Source: Trueperaceae bacterium
Lineage (GTDB): Bacteria; Deinococcota; Deinococci; Deinococcales; Trueperaceae
Direction of reading: 5' to 3'
Assembly (NCBI GenBank): GCA_965213705.1
Contig: OZ243913.1
Location: forward strand, 3,008,001 to 3,072,000
Length of the DNA stretch: 64,000 nucleotides
The notes beneath the pieces were generated by a model that made no database searches, was not told the origin of the DNA, and saw only the letters and a program-made list of their open reading frames with translations. Every line of letters begins with the position of its first letter. Positions within the stretch are counted from its first letter, which is position 1. This document shows, piece by piece, positions 48,741-58,112 of this stretch. Made by a program: the position numbers and the translations under genes.

Positions 48741-48846
48741 CCGCCGTCTTTCAGGGTCACCGTCTCCGAACGTCACCGTCCCTGAGTGTTACCGTCTTTT
48801 CAGTGCTACCGTCTTTTCAGTGTTACCGTCTTTCAGTGTTACCGTG
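48741..48846. repeat. 16-17-bp tandem repeat x~7 immediately upstream of dxr
   Basis: Units of the form GT(T/C)ACCGTCTTT(T)CAGT. Confidence 0.8.
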
Positions 48847-48852
48847 AAACCG

Positions 48853-49995
48853 ATGAAACGTATTTCAATCTTAGGTTCGACCGGTTCTATCGGCACGCAG
48901 ACGCTGGACGTGGTGCGCTGGCGCGGCTATGAGGTCGTGGGCTTGGCCGCCGGAAACAACGCCGACCTGTTGGTGCGGCAAGCGCAAGAATTCCGACCGC
49001 AAACCGTCGCTTGTAACCCCGAGGTCGCCGGCGCGGTCAAACCGCACCTGCCGAGTGGGACGCGGCTCGTGACCGGGCTGCAGGGGAACGAAGAGGTCGC
49101 TCGCCTAGACGCCGACACGGTCGTCGCGGCGATTTCGGGTGTCGCCGGGCTCAAGCCGACACTCGCCGCGCTCCGTGCGGGCCGCCACGTCGCGCTCGCC
49201 AACAAAGAGGCGATGGTCGTCGCGGGACCGCTCGTTTGGGAAGTGGCGCGGGCGCACGGGGCGACCCTGACCCCGGTCGACTCGGAACACTCGGCGCTGT
49301 TTCAGTGCCTCGTCGGTGAGGCCAAGGACGCGGTCGAGGCGCTCGTGCTGACGGCCTCGGGTGGGCCGTTTCGCACCGAGCCGGACGACCTGAGCAGCGT
49401 CACGCCCGAGCAGGCCCTCGAGCACCCCAACTGGGACATGGGCAGCAAGGTCACGGTGGATTCGGCGACGCTGTTCAACAAAGGTTTGGAAGTGTTGGAA
49501 GCGCACTTTTTGTTCGAGCTGCCCCTGGAAAACATCGAGGTCGTCGTCCACCCGCAGTCGCTCATCCACAGCTTCGTGCGCTTCAAAGACGGCAACCTCA
49601 AAGCCCAAATCGGGCCGCACGACATGCGCGTGCCGATTCACTACGCGCTCGCCTATCCCGAGCGGCACCGGGTCCCTCTGGAGCCCCTGCCCCTGCGCGG
49701 CGTTTGGGAACTCTTCGAGCCCGACCACGCCCGCTTTCCAAGCCTGAACCTGGCTTACCGGGCGGGCGAACTGGGTGGCGTCGCCCCGGCCGCGCTCAAC
49801 GCCGCCGACGAAGTCGCCGTGCAGGCGTTTCTGGCAGGCCGCATCGGTTTTATGCAGGTTCCCGAAGTGTTGGCGGGGATTTTGGAAGCCCTCGAGAACG
49901 CCCCCCTGAGTTGGGAAGCCGTCGACGAGGCCGACGCCTGGGCGCGGACGCGGGCCGAAGAACTCGTCAGGACAACCTGGAGTACCGAGTCCTAA
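48853..49995 (+). CDS. dxr: 1-deoxy-D-xylulose-5-phosphate reductoisomerase
   Basis: [41 protein letters not shown]. Confidence 0.96.
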   Translation: MKRISILGSTGSIGTQTLDVVRWRGYEVVGLAAGNNADLLVRQAQEFRPQTVACNPEVAGAVKPHLPSGTRLVTGLQGNEEVARLDADTVVAAISGVAGLKPTLAALRAGRHVALANKEAMVVAGPLVWEVARAHGATLTPVDSEHSALFQCLVGEAKDAVEALVLTASGGPFRTEPDDLSSVTPEQALEHPNWDMGSKVTVDSATLFNKGLEVLEAHFLFELPLENIEVVVHPQSLIHSFVRFKDGNLKAQIGPHDMRVPIHYALAYPERHRVPLEPLPLRGVWELFEPDHARFPSLNLAYRAGELGGVAPAALNAADEVAVQAFLAGRIGFMQVPEVLAGILEALENAPLSWEAVDEADAWARTRAEELVRTTWSTES

Positions 49996-50090
49996 ATGCC
50001 AAGTCCTGAGCACCGAGTCCTGAGCACCGAGTAAAAAGTGGTTGACTCGGTACTTTTTACTCGGTGCTCGGTACTTTTTCCTCGGTACTT
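49981..50090. repeat. heptamer-repeat tract with an 18-bp perfect inverted repeat
   Basis: AGTACCG AGTCCTA AATGCCA AGTCCTG AGCACCG AGTCCTG AGCACCG; arms at 50022-50039 and 50052-50069. Confidence 0.8.
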
Positions 50091-50137
50091 CCCCTTTCAG
50101 TACAGAAGCTGCGAAGGGTCTCGAGTACACTGCGTAC

Positions 50138-51253
50138 ATGTTTCGAAACGCCATAAAGTTACCTTTCAAGTTGCTCGGTATCCCCATCAGTTTGGACCGC
50201 TCGTTTTTGATCGTGTTGCCGCTGTTCGCTTGGCTTATCGGCTCGCAAGTGCCCAACTACTTAGCCGCGCTCGGCGGCGCGGTAGACCCACGGTTGTCGA
50301 CCGGGACTTTTCCTTACCTTCTCGGCCTCGCCGCCGCCGTAGGGTTGTTTGCCAGCGTGCTGGTTCACGAACTCGGGCACGCCGTCGCCGGGCGCATGTA
50401 CGGGGTTAAGACGAAAGAAATCACTTTGTGGTTTTTCGGCGGCGTCGCGCAGTTCGATGACATGCCGCGGCAGCGCGGCGCGGAAGCCGTCGTCGCTATC
50501 GCCGGACCCGTCACCAGCGTTGCGCTCGCAGGACTTTTTTGGGGCGTGCTGCAGGCCGGCAGCTTCGGCCCGGCCGCACTGTTCGTCGTGAGCTACCTTG
50601 TCTATACCAACGGCGCACTCGCCGTGTTCAACCTGCTGCCCGCCCTACCCCTCGACGGCGGTAGGGTGCTGCGCTCGCTCCTCGCGCTCAAACTCGACCA
50701 CTTGCGCGCGACCAAAATCTCGGTGCGGGTAAGCCAGGTGGCGGCCGTGCTGCTGGGGTTGTTTGGGCTTTACAGCCGCAACTTTTTCTTGGCGGCCATC
50801 GCCTTTTTTATCTTCAACGCCAGCCGCAACGAGGCGCGTTACGCCGTCGTCACCCGGGCTCTCGACCCCTTGAAGGTGCGCGACCTGATGCACCGCGAGG
50901 TCGTGACCGTCGAACCCGAAATGCGGCTCGAGAGCTTCACCCAACTCCTCGCCTTTAAGCGGCAAGCGAGCTTTCCGGTGGTAGACCGCGACGGCCACCT
51001 GCTCGGCCTGGTTACCCGGCACGCGGCCGAGGGCCGACCGGGCGACGCAGAAGTAGGCAGCGTCGTCAGCCCCGCCGAGACGATTCTCGAAGACGAGGAC
51101 GCGCTTCAGGCCTTAAAACGCATGGCGGGCAACAGCTTGGGGCAACTCATCGTGACCGACGCCCTCGGCAAACTCGTGGGCACACTCAGCGCCGCCGACC
51201 TGGCCCGGCGCATGCAAGACCCCGCGCAGCAAACCGCTCCCGTCAACGTTTAA
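50138..51253 (+). CDS. site-2 protease (M50) with C-terminal CBS pair
   Basis: HELGH, FGGVA, AGP, NLLPALPLDGG; CBS domains; TACACT 6 nt before ATG 50138. Confidence 0.9.
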   Translation: MFRNAIKLPFKLLGIPISLDRSFLIVLPLFAWLIGSQVPNYLAALGGAVDPRLSTGTFPYLLGLAAAVGLFASVLVHELGHAVAGRMYGVKTKEITLWFFGGVAQFDDMPRQRGAEAVVAIAGPVTSVALAGLFWGVLQAGSFGPAALFVVSYLVYTNGALAVFNLLPALPLDGGRVLRSLLALKLDHLRATKISVRVSQVAAVLLGLFGLYSRNFFLAAIAFFIFNASRNEARYAVVTRALDPLKVRDLMHREVVTVEPEMRLESFTQLLAFKRQASFPVVDRDGHLLGLVTRHAAEGRPGDAEVGSVVSPAETILEDEDALQALKRMAGNSLGQLIVTDALGKLVGTLSAADLARRMQDPAQQTAPVNV

Positions 51254-51394
51254 GGGAAACGCTGTTCGTTATTTGGTCGTTCGTCGTTCGTTTTTGCCGA
51301 GAACCAAGAACGAATGACGAACGGCTGTTTGAGGTCGCCCCCATCCGTTAGCTGTCGTACCGACGAGGCTCACCCACTCTGCCATACTCTGAAG

Positions 51395-52480
51395 ATGCTC
51401 ACCGCTCTCGTTTTTCTCGTCATCCTGACGACGGCCGTCGTCATTCACGAACTCGCGCACTACTTCAACGCCAAAAGCGTCGGGTTGGAGGTGCGGGCGT
51501 TCAGCGTCGGCATGGGGCCGGTGGTGTGGCGCAAGCTGTGGCGCGGCACCGAGTGGCGCTTGTCGCTGCTGCCCTTGGGCGGCTACGTCGACATCCCCGG
51601 TATGGCCCCCAAACAAGACGACGCGGGGCAGTTGCAACACCCCGACGAAGGCTTTGCCACCCGCACGCTGCCTCAAAAGCTGTGGGTCTTGGTAGGCGGC
51701 GTGCTGGCGAACTTCGCCCTGGCGGTACTGCTGATGGCGGTGGTGCTGGCGAACGACCCCCTCACCCGCGCCGGAGCGCTCGAGCTGGACGTACCCCTCC
51801 AAACCGAAATCGGGGGCGTGCTGGCGGACTCGCCCGGGGAAAGCCTGGGCTTGGCGGCGGGAGACCGCGTTTTGGCCGTCAACGGCATCGAAAACCCGAG
51901 CGTTCAACAGCTCATCGACACCATCCAGAGCGCGAACGGGCTCGAGCTGAAGTTGCTCAGAGACAACGAGACCCTGACCGTGACAACCGACTGGCCGCCG
52001 TTCGGCACGGAAGTCCCGCGGCTCGGCGTCAACATCGGCGCGGTGCCGACCGAGCTGCCGCCCAACCCCACTTTTGTCAGGGCGTTGGGTGAGTCCAGCA
52101 CGTTCTTGATTCGCTTTGTGCCGGAAGCGGTGACGGGCTTCGTGCGCGGCTTCGGCGCAGTCCTGACCGGGCAAAAGAGCGAGGACGTGGCCGGACCGGT
52201 ACAGCTCGTCAACTACACTTCTCAGGCGGCTAAAGCAGGTTTCATCCCTGTTTTGTTCTTAGCCGCCCTCATCAACTTCTCGCTCGCCATTTTCAACTTG
52301 TTGCCGATTCCGGGGTTGGACGGCGGCCGGATGTTGCTGGCAGCAATCGTCTCCCTGCGCGGACGACCCTTCAAACCGGGCCAGGAAGAGTTTGTCCACT
52401 TTTTGGGCTTTATGGCGATTCTCGCGTTTATGGTGCTTATTACCTTCAACGAGGTCAGCGGCCTTTTCACACGAGGTTAG
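51395..52480 (+). CDS. rseP: RIP metalloprotease RseP-like (M50 + PDZ)
   Basis: IHELAH, FSVGMG, PLGGYV, PDZ, NLLPIPGLDGG; near dxr. Confidence 0.88.
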   Translation: MLTALVFLVILTTAVVIHELAHYFNAKSVGLEVRAFSVGMGPVVWRKLWRGTEWRLSLLPLGGYVDIPGMAPKQDDAGQLQHPDEGFATRTLPQKLWVLVGGVLANFALAVLLMAVVLANDPLTRAGALELDVPLQTEIGGVLADSPGESLGLAAGDRVLAVNGIENPSVQQLIDTIQSANGLELKLLRDNETLTVTTDWPPFGTEVPRLGVNIGAVPTELPPNPTFVRALGESSTFLIRFVPEAVTGFVRGFGAVLTGQKSEDVAGPVQLVNYTSQAAKAGFIPVLFLAALINFSLAIFNLLPIPGLDGGRMLLAAIVSLRGRPFKPGQEEFVHFLGFMAILAFMVLITFNEVSGLFTRG

Positions 52481-52525
52481 GTCGACCCGTGTTGATGTGA
52501 CTCGTACCGACGTGAACGTGTTGAC

Positions 52526-53191
52526 GTGAACCTTTATCCCCCCAATCCCGACCTGGGCGGCGCTTGCGGCGTCCTCATTCCGGCTTTCAACGAGGAAACG
52601 ACGGTAGCAAGGGTCGTCGAAGTGGCGCGCGCCGCCCGCCTGGGGCCGGTGTTGGTGGTCGATGACGGTTCCGACGACGCGACCCGGGCGGCTGCCCTGC
52701 AAGCGGGCGCGGTCGTCCTCACGCTGCTTGCCAATTCGGGCAAAGGCGGCGCGGTTTTCGTGGGCGCTTCAATGTTGCAAACTCGTGTCGTCGTCCTCTT
52801 GGACGCCGACCTCGTCGGGCTCACGCCTCAACACGTACACGACCTGGCGCGGCCGGTGCTGGACCACACCCTGGACATGACGCGCGGCGTGTTCCTTGGC
52901 GGGCGCTGGCGCACGACGGCCGCACAAAACCTGGTGCCCGTACTGAACGGCCAGCGGGCGCTGGTGCGCAGAAAACTGCTCGGCGTGCCCGGTCTGGCGG
53001 CAAGCCGCTACGGCTTGGAAGTTTTGATGACCGAACAAGCCAAGTACGAGGCCTGGCGCACGGGCGACGTGCCCTTGCGCGGCGTGTCGCAAGTCATGAA
53101 AGAGGAAAAACGGGGGTTTCGGCAGGGGTTCCAGGTGCGCCTCCGCATGTACCGGGACATCCTCGAGGCTTATATCAAGACACGAGCCTGA
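52526..53191 (+). CDS. family 2 glycosyltransferase
   Basis: IPAFNEE, VVDDGS.D.T, GKGGA, LDAD, NGQRA. Confidence 0.88.
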   Translation: MNLYPPNPDLGGACGVLIPAFNEETTVARVVEVARAARLGPVLVVDDGSDDATRAAALQAGAVVLTLLANSGKGGAVFVGASMLQTRVVVLLDADLVGLTPQHVHDLARPVLDHTLDMTRGVFLGGRWRTTAAQNLVPVLNGQRALVRRKLLGVPGLAASRYGLEVLMTEQAKYEAWRTGDVPLRGVSQVMKEEKRGFRQGFQVRLRMYRDILEAYIKTRA

Positions 53192-53202
53192 TACACTCGC
53201 CT

Positions 53203-53835
53203 ATGGCGCTTATCCTCAAACGTTTCACCGTCGGCCCGCTGCTGGAAAACTGCTACCTCCTCAGCGACCCGGCCTCCAACCGAGCGGTCCTTGTCGACCC
53301 CGGCGACGAGGCCGAACGGTTGTTGCAGGCCTTGAGCAGCGACGGTTTGAAGTTGCAAGCCGTGTGGCTGACGCACGCCCACTTCGACCATATAGGCGCG
53401 CTCGCGGACCTTGAAGAGGCGTTGAATGTCCCAGTTTACCTCCACCCGGCCGACCTGCCGCTGTACGAAAACGCGGCGCAGGCGGCGCGACTCTGGGAAA
53501 TCCCCTTCAAACAGCCGCGGTCCAAGCCGCTCGAGCTTGCCGACGCCCAGACGCTCACTCTCGGTGACGCCGAAGTCCACTGCTTGTTTACGCCCGGCCA
53601 CGCCCCCGGCCACGTCGCGTTTTACGTGCCGAGCGAGGGCTTGGTGCTGGCGGGCGATGCCCTGTTCCAAGGCTCCATCGGCCGTACCGACCTGCCGATG
53701 GGCGACCACGCGCAACTTTTGGAGAGCATCAAAACAAAGCTCCTCACCCTGCCGGATGAAACCGTCGTTTACCCCGGTCACGGGCCGGAGACGACGGTGG
53801 GGCGGGAGAAGGGGAGCAATCCATTTCTGCAGTGA
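53203..53835 (+). CDS. metallo-beta-lactamase-fold hydrolase (glyoxalase II/GloC-like)
   Basis: THAHFDHIG, TPGHAPG, GDALF, GRTD, PGHG. Confidence 0.92.
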   Translation: MALILKRFTVGPLLENCYLLSDPASNRAVLVDPGDEAERLLQALSSDGLKLQAVWLTHAHFDHIGALADLEEALNVPVYLHPADLPLYENAAQAARLWEIPFKQPRSKPLELADAQTLTLGDAEVHCLFTPGHAPGHVAFYVPSEGLVLAGDALFQGSIGRTDLPMGDHAQLLESIKTKLLTLPDETVVYPGHGPETTVGREKGSNPFLQ

Positions 53836-53849
53836 AAGCAGTCCTCTTC

Positions 53850-54035
53850 TCACAGCTTTGTCAAACCGAGTTGCTTGCGGATGACCTCACACAAACTTTC
53901 TTTGAGTTCGGAATGGCGAGGCACGGGCGACTTTTTCCCGTTGCGCAAGTTAACGTAAAGGTCGTGCTTTTTGCCATGTCTTTGCAAGTAGCAACCAGCG
54001 TCTACAAATTCACGGACAAAGTCACGGCGCTTCAC
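53850..54035 (-). CDS. hicA: HicA-family toxin
   Basis: MKRRD...RHGKKHD...VPRH.E...IRKQL. Confidence 0.85.
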   Translation of the reverse strand: MKRRDFVREFVDAGCYLQRHGKKHDLYVNLRNGKKSPVPRHSELKESLCEVIRKQLGLTKL

Positions 54036-54238
54036 ACCTCAAGGGCGAACTCTTTGGTTTTAACATCGGCATGAGGTGGTGAGGTTTCATCTCCCACGAC
54101 GAGGTCAAAAGCGTCTTTGATATTTTCTTCGAGTTCTTCCAACGTCTCCCCCTGGCTGAAGACACCAGGTATTTCCCGAAGTCGGCCTACATACCAGCCA
54201 TCGTCTTGCCAGTACTCGAGCGTGTAGTGTCGCACCAA
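54032..54238 (-). CDS. hicB: short HicB-family antitoxin (no DNA-binding domain)
   Basis: DGWYVG...PGVFSQGETLEELEENIKDA; GGAGG RBS. Confidence 0.85.
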   Translation of the reverse strand: MVRHYTLEYWQDDGWYVGRLREIPGVFSQGETLEELEENIKDAFDLVVGDETSPPHADVKTKEFALEV

Positions 54239-54256
54239 GTGAACCTCCGAACCTAA

Positions 54257-54916
54257 TTATGCCTTGTTCTCGAGCCACGCCCTAATCACCCCGTACGCCG
54301 CGCTCGGGACGCGGTGGCCGCCCGGTACTTCATACCAGGTGAGGTCGGCGCAGCGGGTTTGCAGTTGCGCCTTGAACACGGCGGTTTTTGCGGGTGGATA
54401 AGCTGGGTCGGCGCTCGGCGCGACGTGCAGGACGGGTACGGGCAGGTTCGGCTCCGGTTCTGACTTAGGCCAATCCGAGGGCGTCGCCCCCGCGACCGCG
54501 ACGACGCCCCGCACGAGTTCGGGATGCGCCGCGGCGAAGCGGTAGTTCAGGCTCACGCTCTGCGAAAAGCCGAACAAAAAGGCTTTAGGCTCGCTCGTCA
54601 CGCCTTCCTTAAAAAGTTCCCCAATCACGTGCCGCAAAAAAGCGTGATGATTGTCGACGTCTTCTTGCGGCTCGAAGCTGCTGACCCAACTGAAACCCGC
54701 GCCGACAATCTTGCCGCCCTCGACCCTGTGATGTGGGTGCGGGGCTTGCAGCGCGGCCGTCGGCCAGTCCAGTCCGAGCGAACGCCCGAAGTGCAGCGCG
54801 TCCGCCACGCTTTGCCCGTAGCCGTGGAGACAGACGAGAAGAGGCGCCCTCGAGCCCAACCGTTCGACCCTGTAGCGGTAAGAAATCGGTAGTTTGACGC
54901 TCCGCTCGTCAGGCAT
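54257..54916 (-). CDS. alpha/beta hydrolase (phospholipase/carboxylesterase-like)
   Basis: LHGYG, GFSQS nucleophile elbow, D...GGH. Confidence 0.82.
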   Translation of the reverse strand: MPDERSVKLPISYRYRVERLGSRAPLLVCLHGYGQSVADALHFGRSLGLDWPTAALQAPHPHHRVEGGKIVGAGFSWVSSFEPQEDVDNHHAFLRHVIGELFKEGVTSEPKAFLFGFSQSVSLNYRFAAAHPELVRGVVAVAGATPSDWPKSEPEPNLPVPVLHVAPSADPAYPPAKTAVFKAQLQTRCADLTWYEVPGGHRVPSAAYGVIRAWLENKA

Positions 54917-54930
54917 TACAGGGCCTGCGC

Positions 54931-55548
54931 TCAGCGGATGATGCCGAGGTGATAAGCCGACAGGATGACGAGTTCGCGCAGGAGGTAGGGGCTGCGGTTC
55001 AGGGGGGTTTTTACGGGCGCGAGTTCGGGCGCGTAGCCCAGGTGCTCGGCGAGCCAGCGCGTCCGGTAGGCGTGCAGGTCGTCGGTGACGATGGTGAGGG
55101 CGCGCTCGTCCAGCAGCGGCGCGGCGTTAGCCAGGTTTTGGTAGCTCGTGGTGCTGGTCGTCTCGCTGGCGAGGGCCGCGGCGGGAACGCCCTTGGTCGC
55201 GAGGTAGCGCACCCCGGACACGCCCTCGGTATAGACATCGCCCGCTTGTTTGCCGCCGGTCACGACGACGCGCTCGGCGCAGCCCTGGCGGTACAACTCC
55301 AAGGCCTTGTCGAGCCGCCGCTGAAACGCGGGCGAGGGTACGCCGTTGTACTGGGCCGCGCCCATCACCAGCACAGTGTCGGCGCGGCAGGTGAGCCGGG
55401 CTCCTTGCGGGTACAGCAAGATGCCGACGCCGTCGCGGAGGACGAACAGCGCCAAGACGAGCGGGACGAGGAGCCACAGCCGCAACCCCTGCGGCCGGGC
55501 GCGGCGCGCGCTAGTCTTTGGACAAGCGGGACTCAATCGCTCGAGCAT
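54931..55548 (-). CDS. YdcF/DUF218 (ElyC/SanA-like) protein
   Basis: VMGAAQY, RLDKAL, TGG, TE, S..T..N, VTD.LH..R. Confidence 0.85.
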   Translation of the reverse strand: MLERLSPACPKTSARRARPQGLRLWLLVPLVLALFVLRDGVGILLYPQGARLTCRADTVLVMGAAQYNGVPSPAFQRRLDKALELYRQGCAERVVVTGGKQAGDVYTEGVSGVRYLATKGVPAAALASETTSTTSYQNLANAAPLLDERALTIVTDDLHAYRTRWLAEHLGYAPELAPVKTPLNRSPYLLRELVILSAYHLGIIR

Positions 55549-56782
55549 GAGCTTCCAACCCTTCCGCCCGCGCCATTGTCGCGGCGGCGGGACCGACTTG
55601 TTCGACCAGGGACTTGTCCAAACTCACTATTGGAATCACTTTTTGAAAGTCACGGACGTTGACGGCGCTCGCAAATCTAGCCGTGCCGCCGGTCGGCATC
55701 ACGTGGCTCGGCCCGGCGACGTAGTCGCCCAGCGCTTCCGTGCTGTACGCGCCGACGAACAGGCCGCCCGCGTGCTTGACCCCCGGCACCAGTGCCCACG
55801 GGTCGCGCACCAGCAAACACAAGTGTTCGGGCGCGTAGGCGTTGGCAACCTCGACGGCCTCGGTAAGCGTAGCGACCAAAACGGCGACGCCGCGCGTCTC
55901 GAGGGAGGCTCGAGCGCTTCTACCCGTGGGCAGGCTGCGCAGTTGGGGCTCGAGGGTGTTCAGGACGGTTTCCAACAGCGTTCCGCTCGTCGTGACCAGC
56001 ACCGGCTGCGCCCCGTCGTGCTCGGCCTGCGCAAGCAGGTCGGCCGCGACGTGGTGGGCGTCTGCGGTTTCGTCGGCGATGACAAGCGTTTCGGTAGGAC
56101 CGGGCAGGGCCTCGATGCCGACCTCGCCGTAGACGAGCTGTTTGGCAAGCATGGTGAGCGCGCTGCCGGGGCCGACGATTTTGTCGACCGGAGAAACCGT
56201 TTCGGTGCCGTAGGCGAGGGCGGCTACAGCGACCGGCCCGCCAAGTCGGTAAACCGTGTCGACGCCGATTTCGTGCGCCGCGGCGAGGATTTCGACCGGA
56301 ACATTGCCGTTTTTGTCGGCCGGCGAAGCTATCACGATGTCGGGCACGCCCGCGACCTGCGCGGGGACGGCGGTCATGAGGAGGGTACTAAAGAGCGGCG
56401 CTTGCCCACCCGGCACGTAACAAGCCACGCGCTCCAAGGGCCGCACAAGCTGCCCGAGCAGCGCGCCGCCGTCCTGGACGATAAAGCCCTCTTTGGGTTG
56501 ATGTTCGTAAAAAGCGCGGATACGGCCCGCCGCTAAGCGAATCGCCGCTTTCAGGTCTTCCGGGACCTCCCGCGCCGAACTTTCAAACGCCGCCGCAGGC
56601 ACGCGCGCGTCCTCAACCCGGAAACCCCCGTAACGTTCACTCAGGTCGGCGACGGCCGCGTCGCCGCGGGTTCGGACCTCGGCCAAAATGTCGGCGACCG
56701 CCGCGCGCCGCTCGTCGGGCGCGGTCAAGTGACGGTTTCTGAAAAAGGCAAGCGCGTCTTGCACGCCGCGGAGAACTCGCAT
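55511..56782 (-). CDS. hisD: histidinol dehydrogenase
   Basis: YVPGG, KIVGPG, PGPTE, DLLAQAEH, APEHL, GDYVAGPSHVMPT. Confidence 0.95.
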   Translation of the reverse strand: MRVLRGVQDALAFFRNRHLTAPDERRAAVADILAEVRTRGDAAVADLSERYGGFRVEDARVPAAAFESSAREVPEDLKAAIRLAAGRIRAFYEHQPKEGFIVQDGGALLGQLVRPLERVACYVPGGQAPLFSTLLMTAVPAQVAGVPDIVIASPADKNGNVPVEILAAAHEIGVDTVYRLGGPVAVAALAYGTETVSPVDKIVGPGSALTMLAKQLVYGEVGIEALPGPTETLVIADETADAHHVAADLLAQAEHDGAQPVLVTTSGTLLETVLNTLEPQLRSLPTGRSARASLETRGVAVLVATLTEAVEVANAYAPEHLCLLVRDPWALVPGVKHAGGLFVGAYSTEALGDYVAGPSHVMPTGGTARFASAVNVRDFQKVIPIVSLDKSLVEQVGPAAATMARAEGLEAHARAIESRLSKD

Positions 56783-56942
56783 AGGACCCCATCATAAGCA
56801 GGTTTTCGCGCACGGCAATGGCGAATTTGCGACAAAAGAGCGGCGCTTTGGGGAGGACCCGTCTTCGCCCCGGCTCGCGGGGACGTTTCGGTTTGAAGAC
56901 TCGGTCCAAAGGGCGGGGCGGCGTTTCGTTAGAATGGGGCGC

Positions 56943-58085
56943 ATGGCACTTCACGTCGCAGTCGTCGGGGCGGGCATCGTCGGGGCGAGTTGCGCTTACT
57001 ACCTGAGCGAGCGCGGGGCGCGGGTGACCGTGCTCGAGCGCGCTCCCGCCCCCGCCTCGGGCTCGACGGCGAAGTCCGCGGCCGGGTTGCGCCACCAGTT
57101 TTCGCACCCCGAAAACGTGAAGATGTCGCTTTACAGCGCGGGCGTGTTCGGGCGTTTCGAAAAGCTCACCGGCTACGACGCGGGCTACCGCAAAGTGGGC
57201 TATCTCTTTTTGATTGCCGAGGCTTTGACCGAAACCTGGGCCAAACAGCGCGAGATGCAAACCTCTTTAGGAGCTAGGGTTGTGGGTTTGAACCTGGCGG
57301 AGACGGCCGCGCGCTTTCCTTACCTAAACTTAGGCGACGTGGCGGGCTCGAGCTTCGGACCCGACGACGGCGTGGTCGACCCGCACGCAGTCACTTTAGG
57401 CTTTTTGGCGGCGGCGCGCTCGAACGGGGCGAACATTTTGCTCGAAACAGAAGTGCTGGGTCTCTCGCAGCAGGCCGGAGTTTGGCGGCTCGAGACCACC
57501 AACGGCACTTTCAGCGTTGACGCGGTTCTCAACGCCGCGGGCGCGTTCGGGGGCGAATTCGGGGCGCGCGCCGGCCTCGACGTGCCCGTTCTCCCCTACC
57601 GCCGCAACGTCTACGCCACCGCGCCCGTGCCGGACTTTGCACACCCGACGCCGCTCGTTATCGACCTGAGCACGGGCGTGTACTTGCGCAGCGAGGGCGA
57701 GCGCTTTATCTTCGGTTTGTCGAACCTTCACGAGCCGCCCGGCGACCGGCAGGCGGTGGACTGGGCGTGGTTGGAACACACCCTCGACCTCGCCCTGCCC
57801 AGGTTTCCTTTTTTAGAAACGGCCGGCTTAGACCGCAAAGCGTGCTGGGCTGGACTCTACGAAGTCACGCCCGACCACCTGCCGATTCTCGGGCTCATGC
57901 CTGGGGTGGACGGCTTTTACAACGCCTGCGGCTTCTCCGGCCACGGCGTGCAGCACGCGCCCGCCAGCGGGCTCATCCTCAGCGAAGAAATTTTGGACGG
58001 CGCGGCGCACAGTTTCGACATCACGGACTTTCGCGTTGAGCGGTTCAGTGAGGTGAGGGCTCGAGGGGAGGCGAACATCGTCTGA
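56943..58085 (+). CDS. FAD-dependent oxidoreductase (DAO/sarcosine oxidase beta-like)
   Basis: VVGAGIVG, GSTAKSAAG, WAGLYEVTPD, GFSGHG; TAGAAT 7 nt before ATG. Confidence 0.9.
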   Translation: MALHVAVVGAGIVGASCAYYLSERGARVTVLERAPAPASGSTAKSAAGLRHQFSHPENVKMSLYSAGVFGRFEKLTGYDAGYRKVGYLFLIAEALTETWAKQREMQTSLGARVVGLNLAETAARFPYLNLGDVAGSSFGPDDGVVDPHAVTLGFLAAARSNGANILLETEVLGLSQQAGVWRLETTNGTFSVDAVLNAAGAFGGEFGARAGLDVPVLPYRRNVYATAPVPDFAHPTPLVIDLSTGVYLRSEGERFIFGLSNLHEPPGDRQAVDWAWLEHTLDLALPRFPFLETAGLDRKACWAGLYEVTPDHLPILGLMPGVDGFYNACGFSGHGVQHAPASGLILSEEILDGAAHSFDITDFRVERFSEVRARGEANIV

Positions 58086-58112
58086 GGCGTGTCCGGCACG
58101 TTATAGTCTTGC

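Noticed and set aside
48741..48846. Possible CRISPR or iteron array
   Set aside because: No spacers, degenerate units, and no cas or rep gene nearby.
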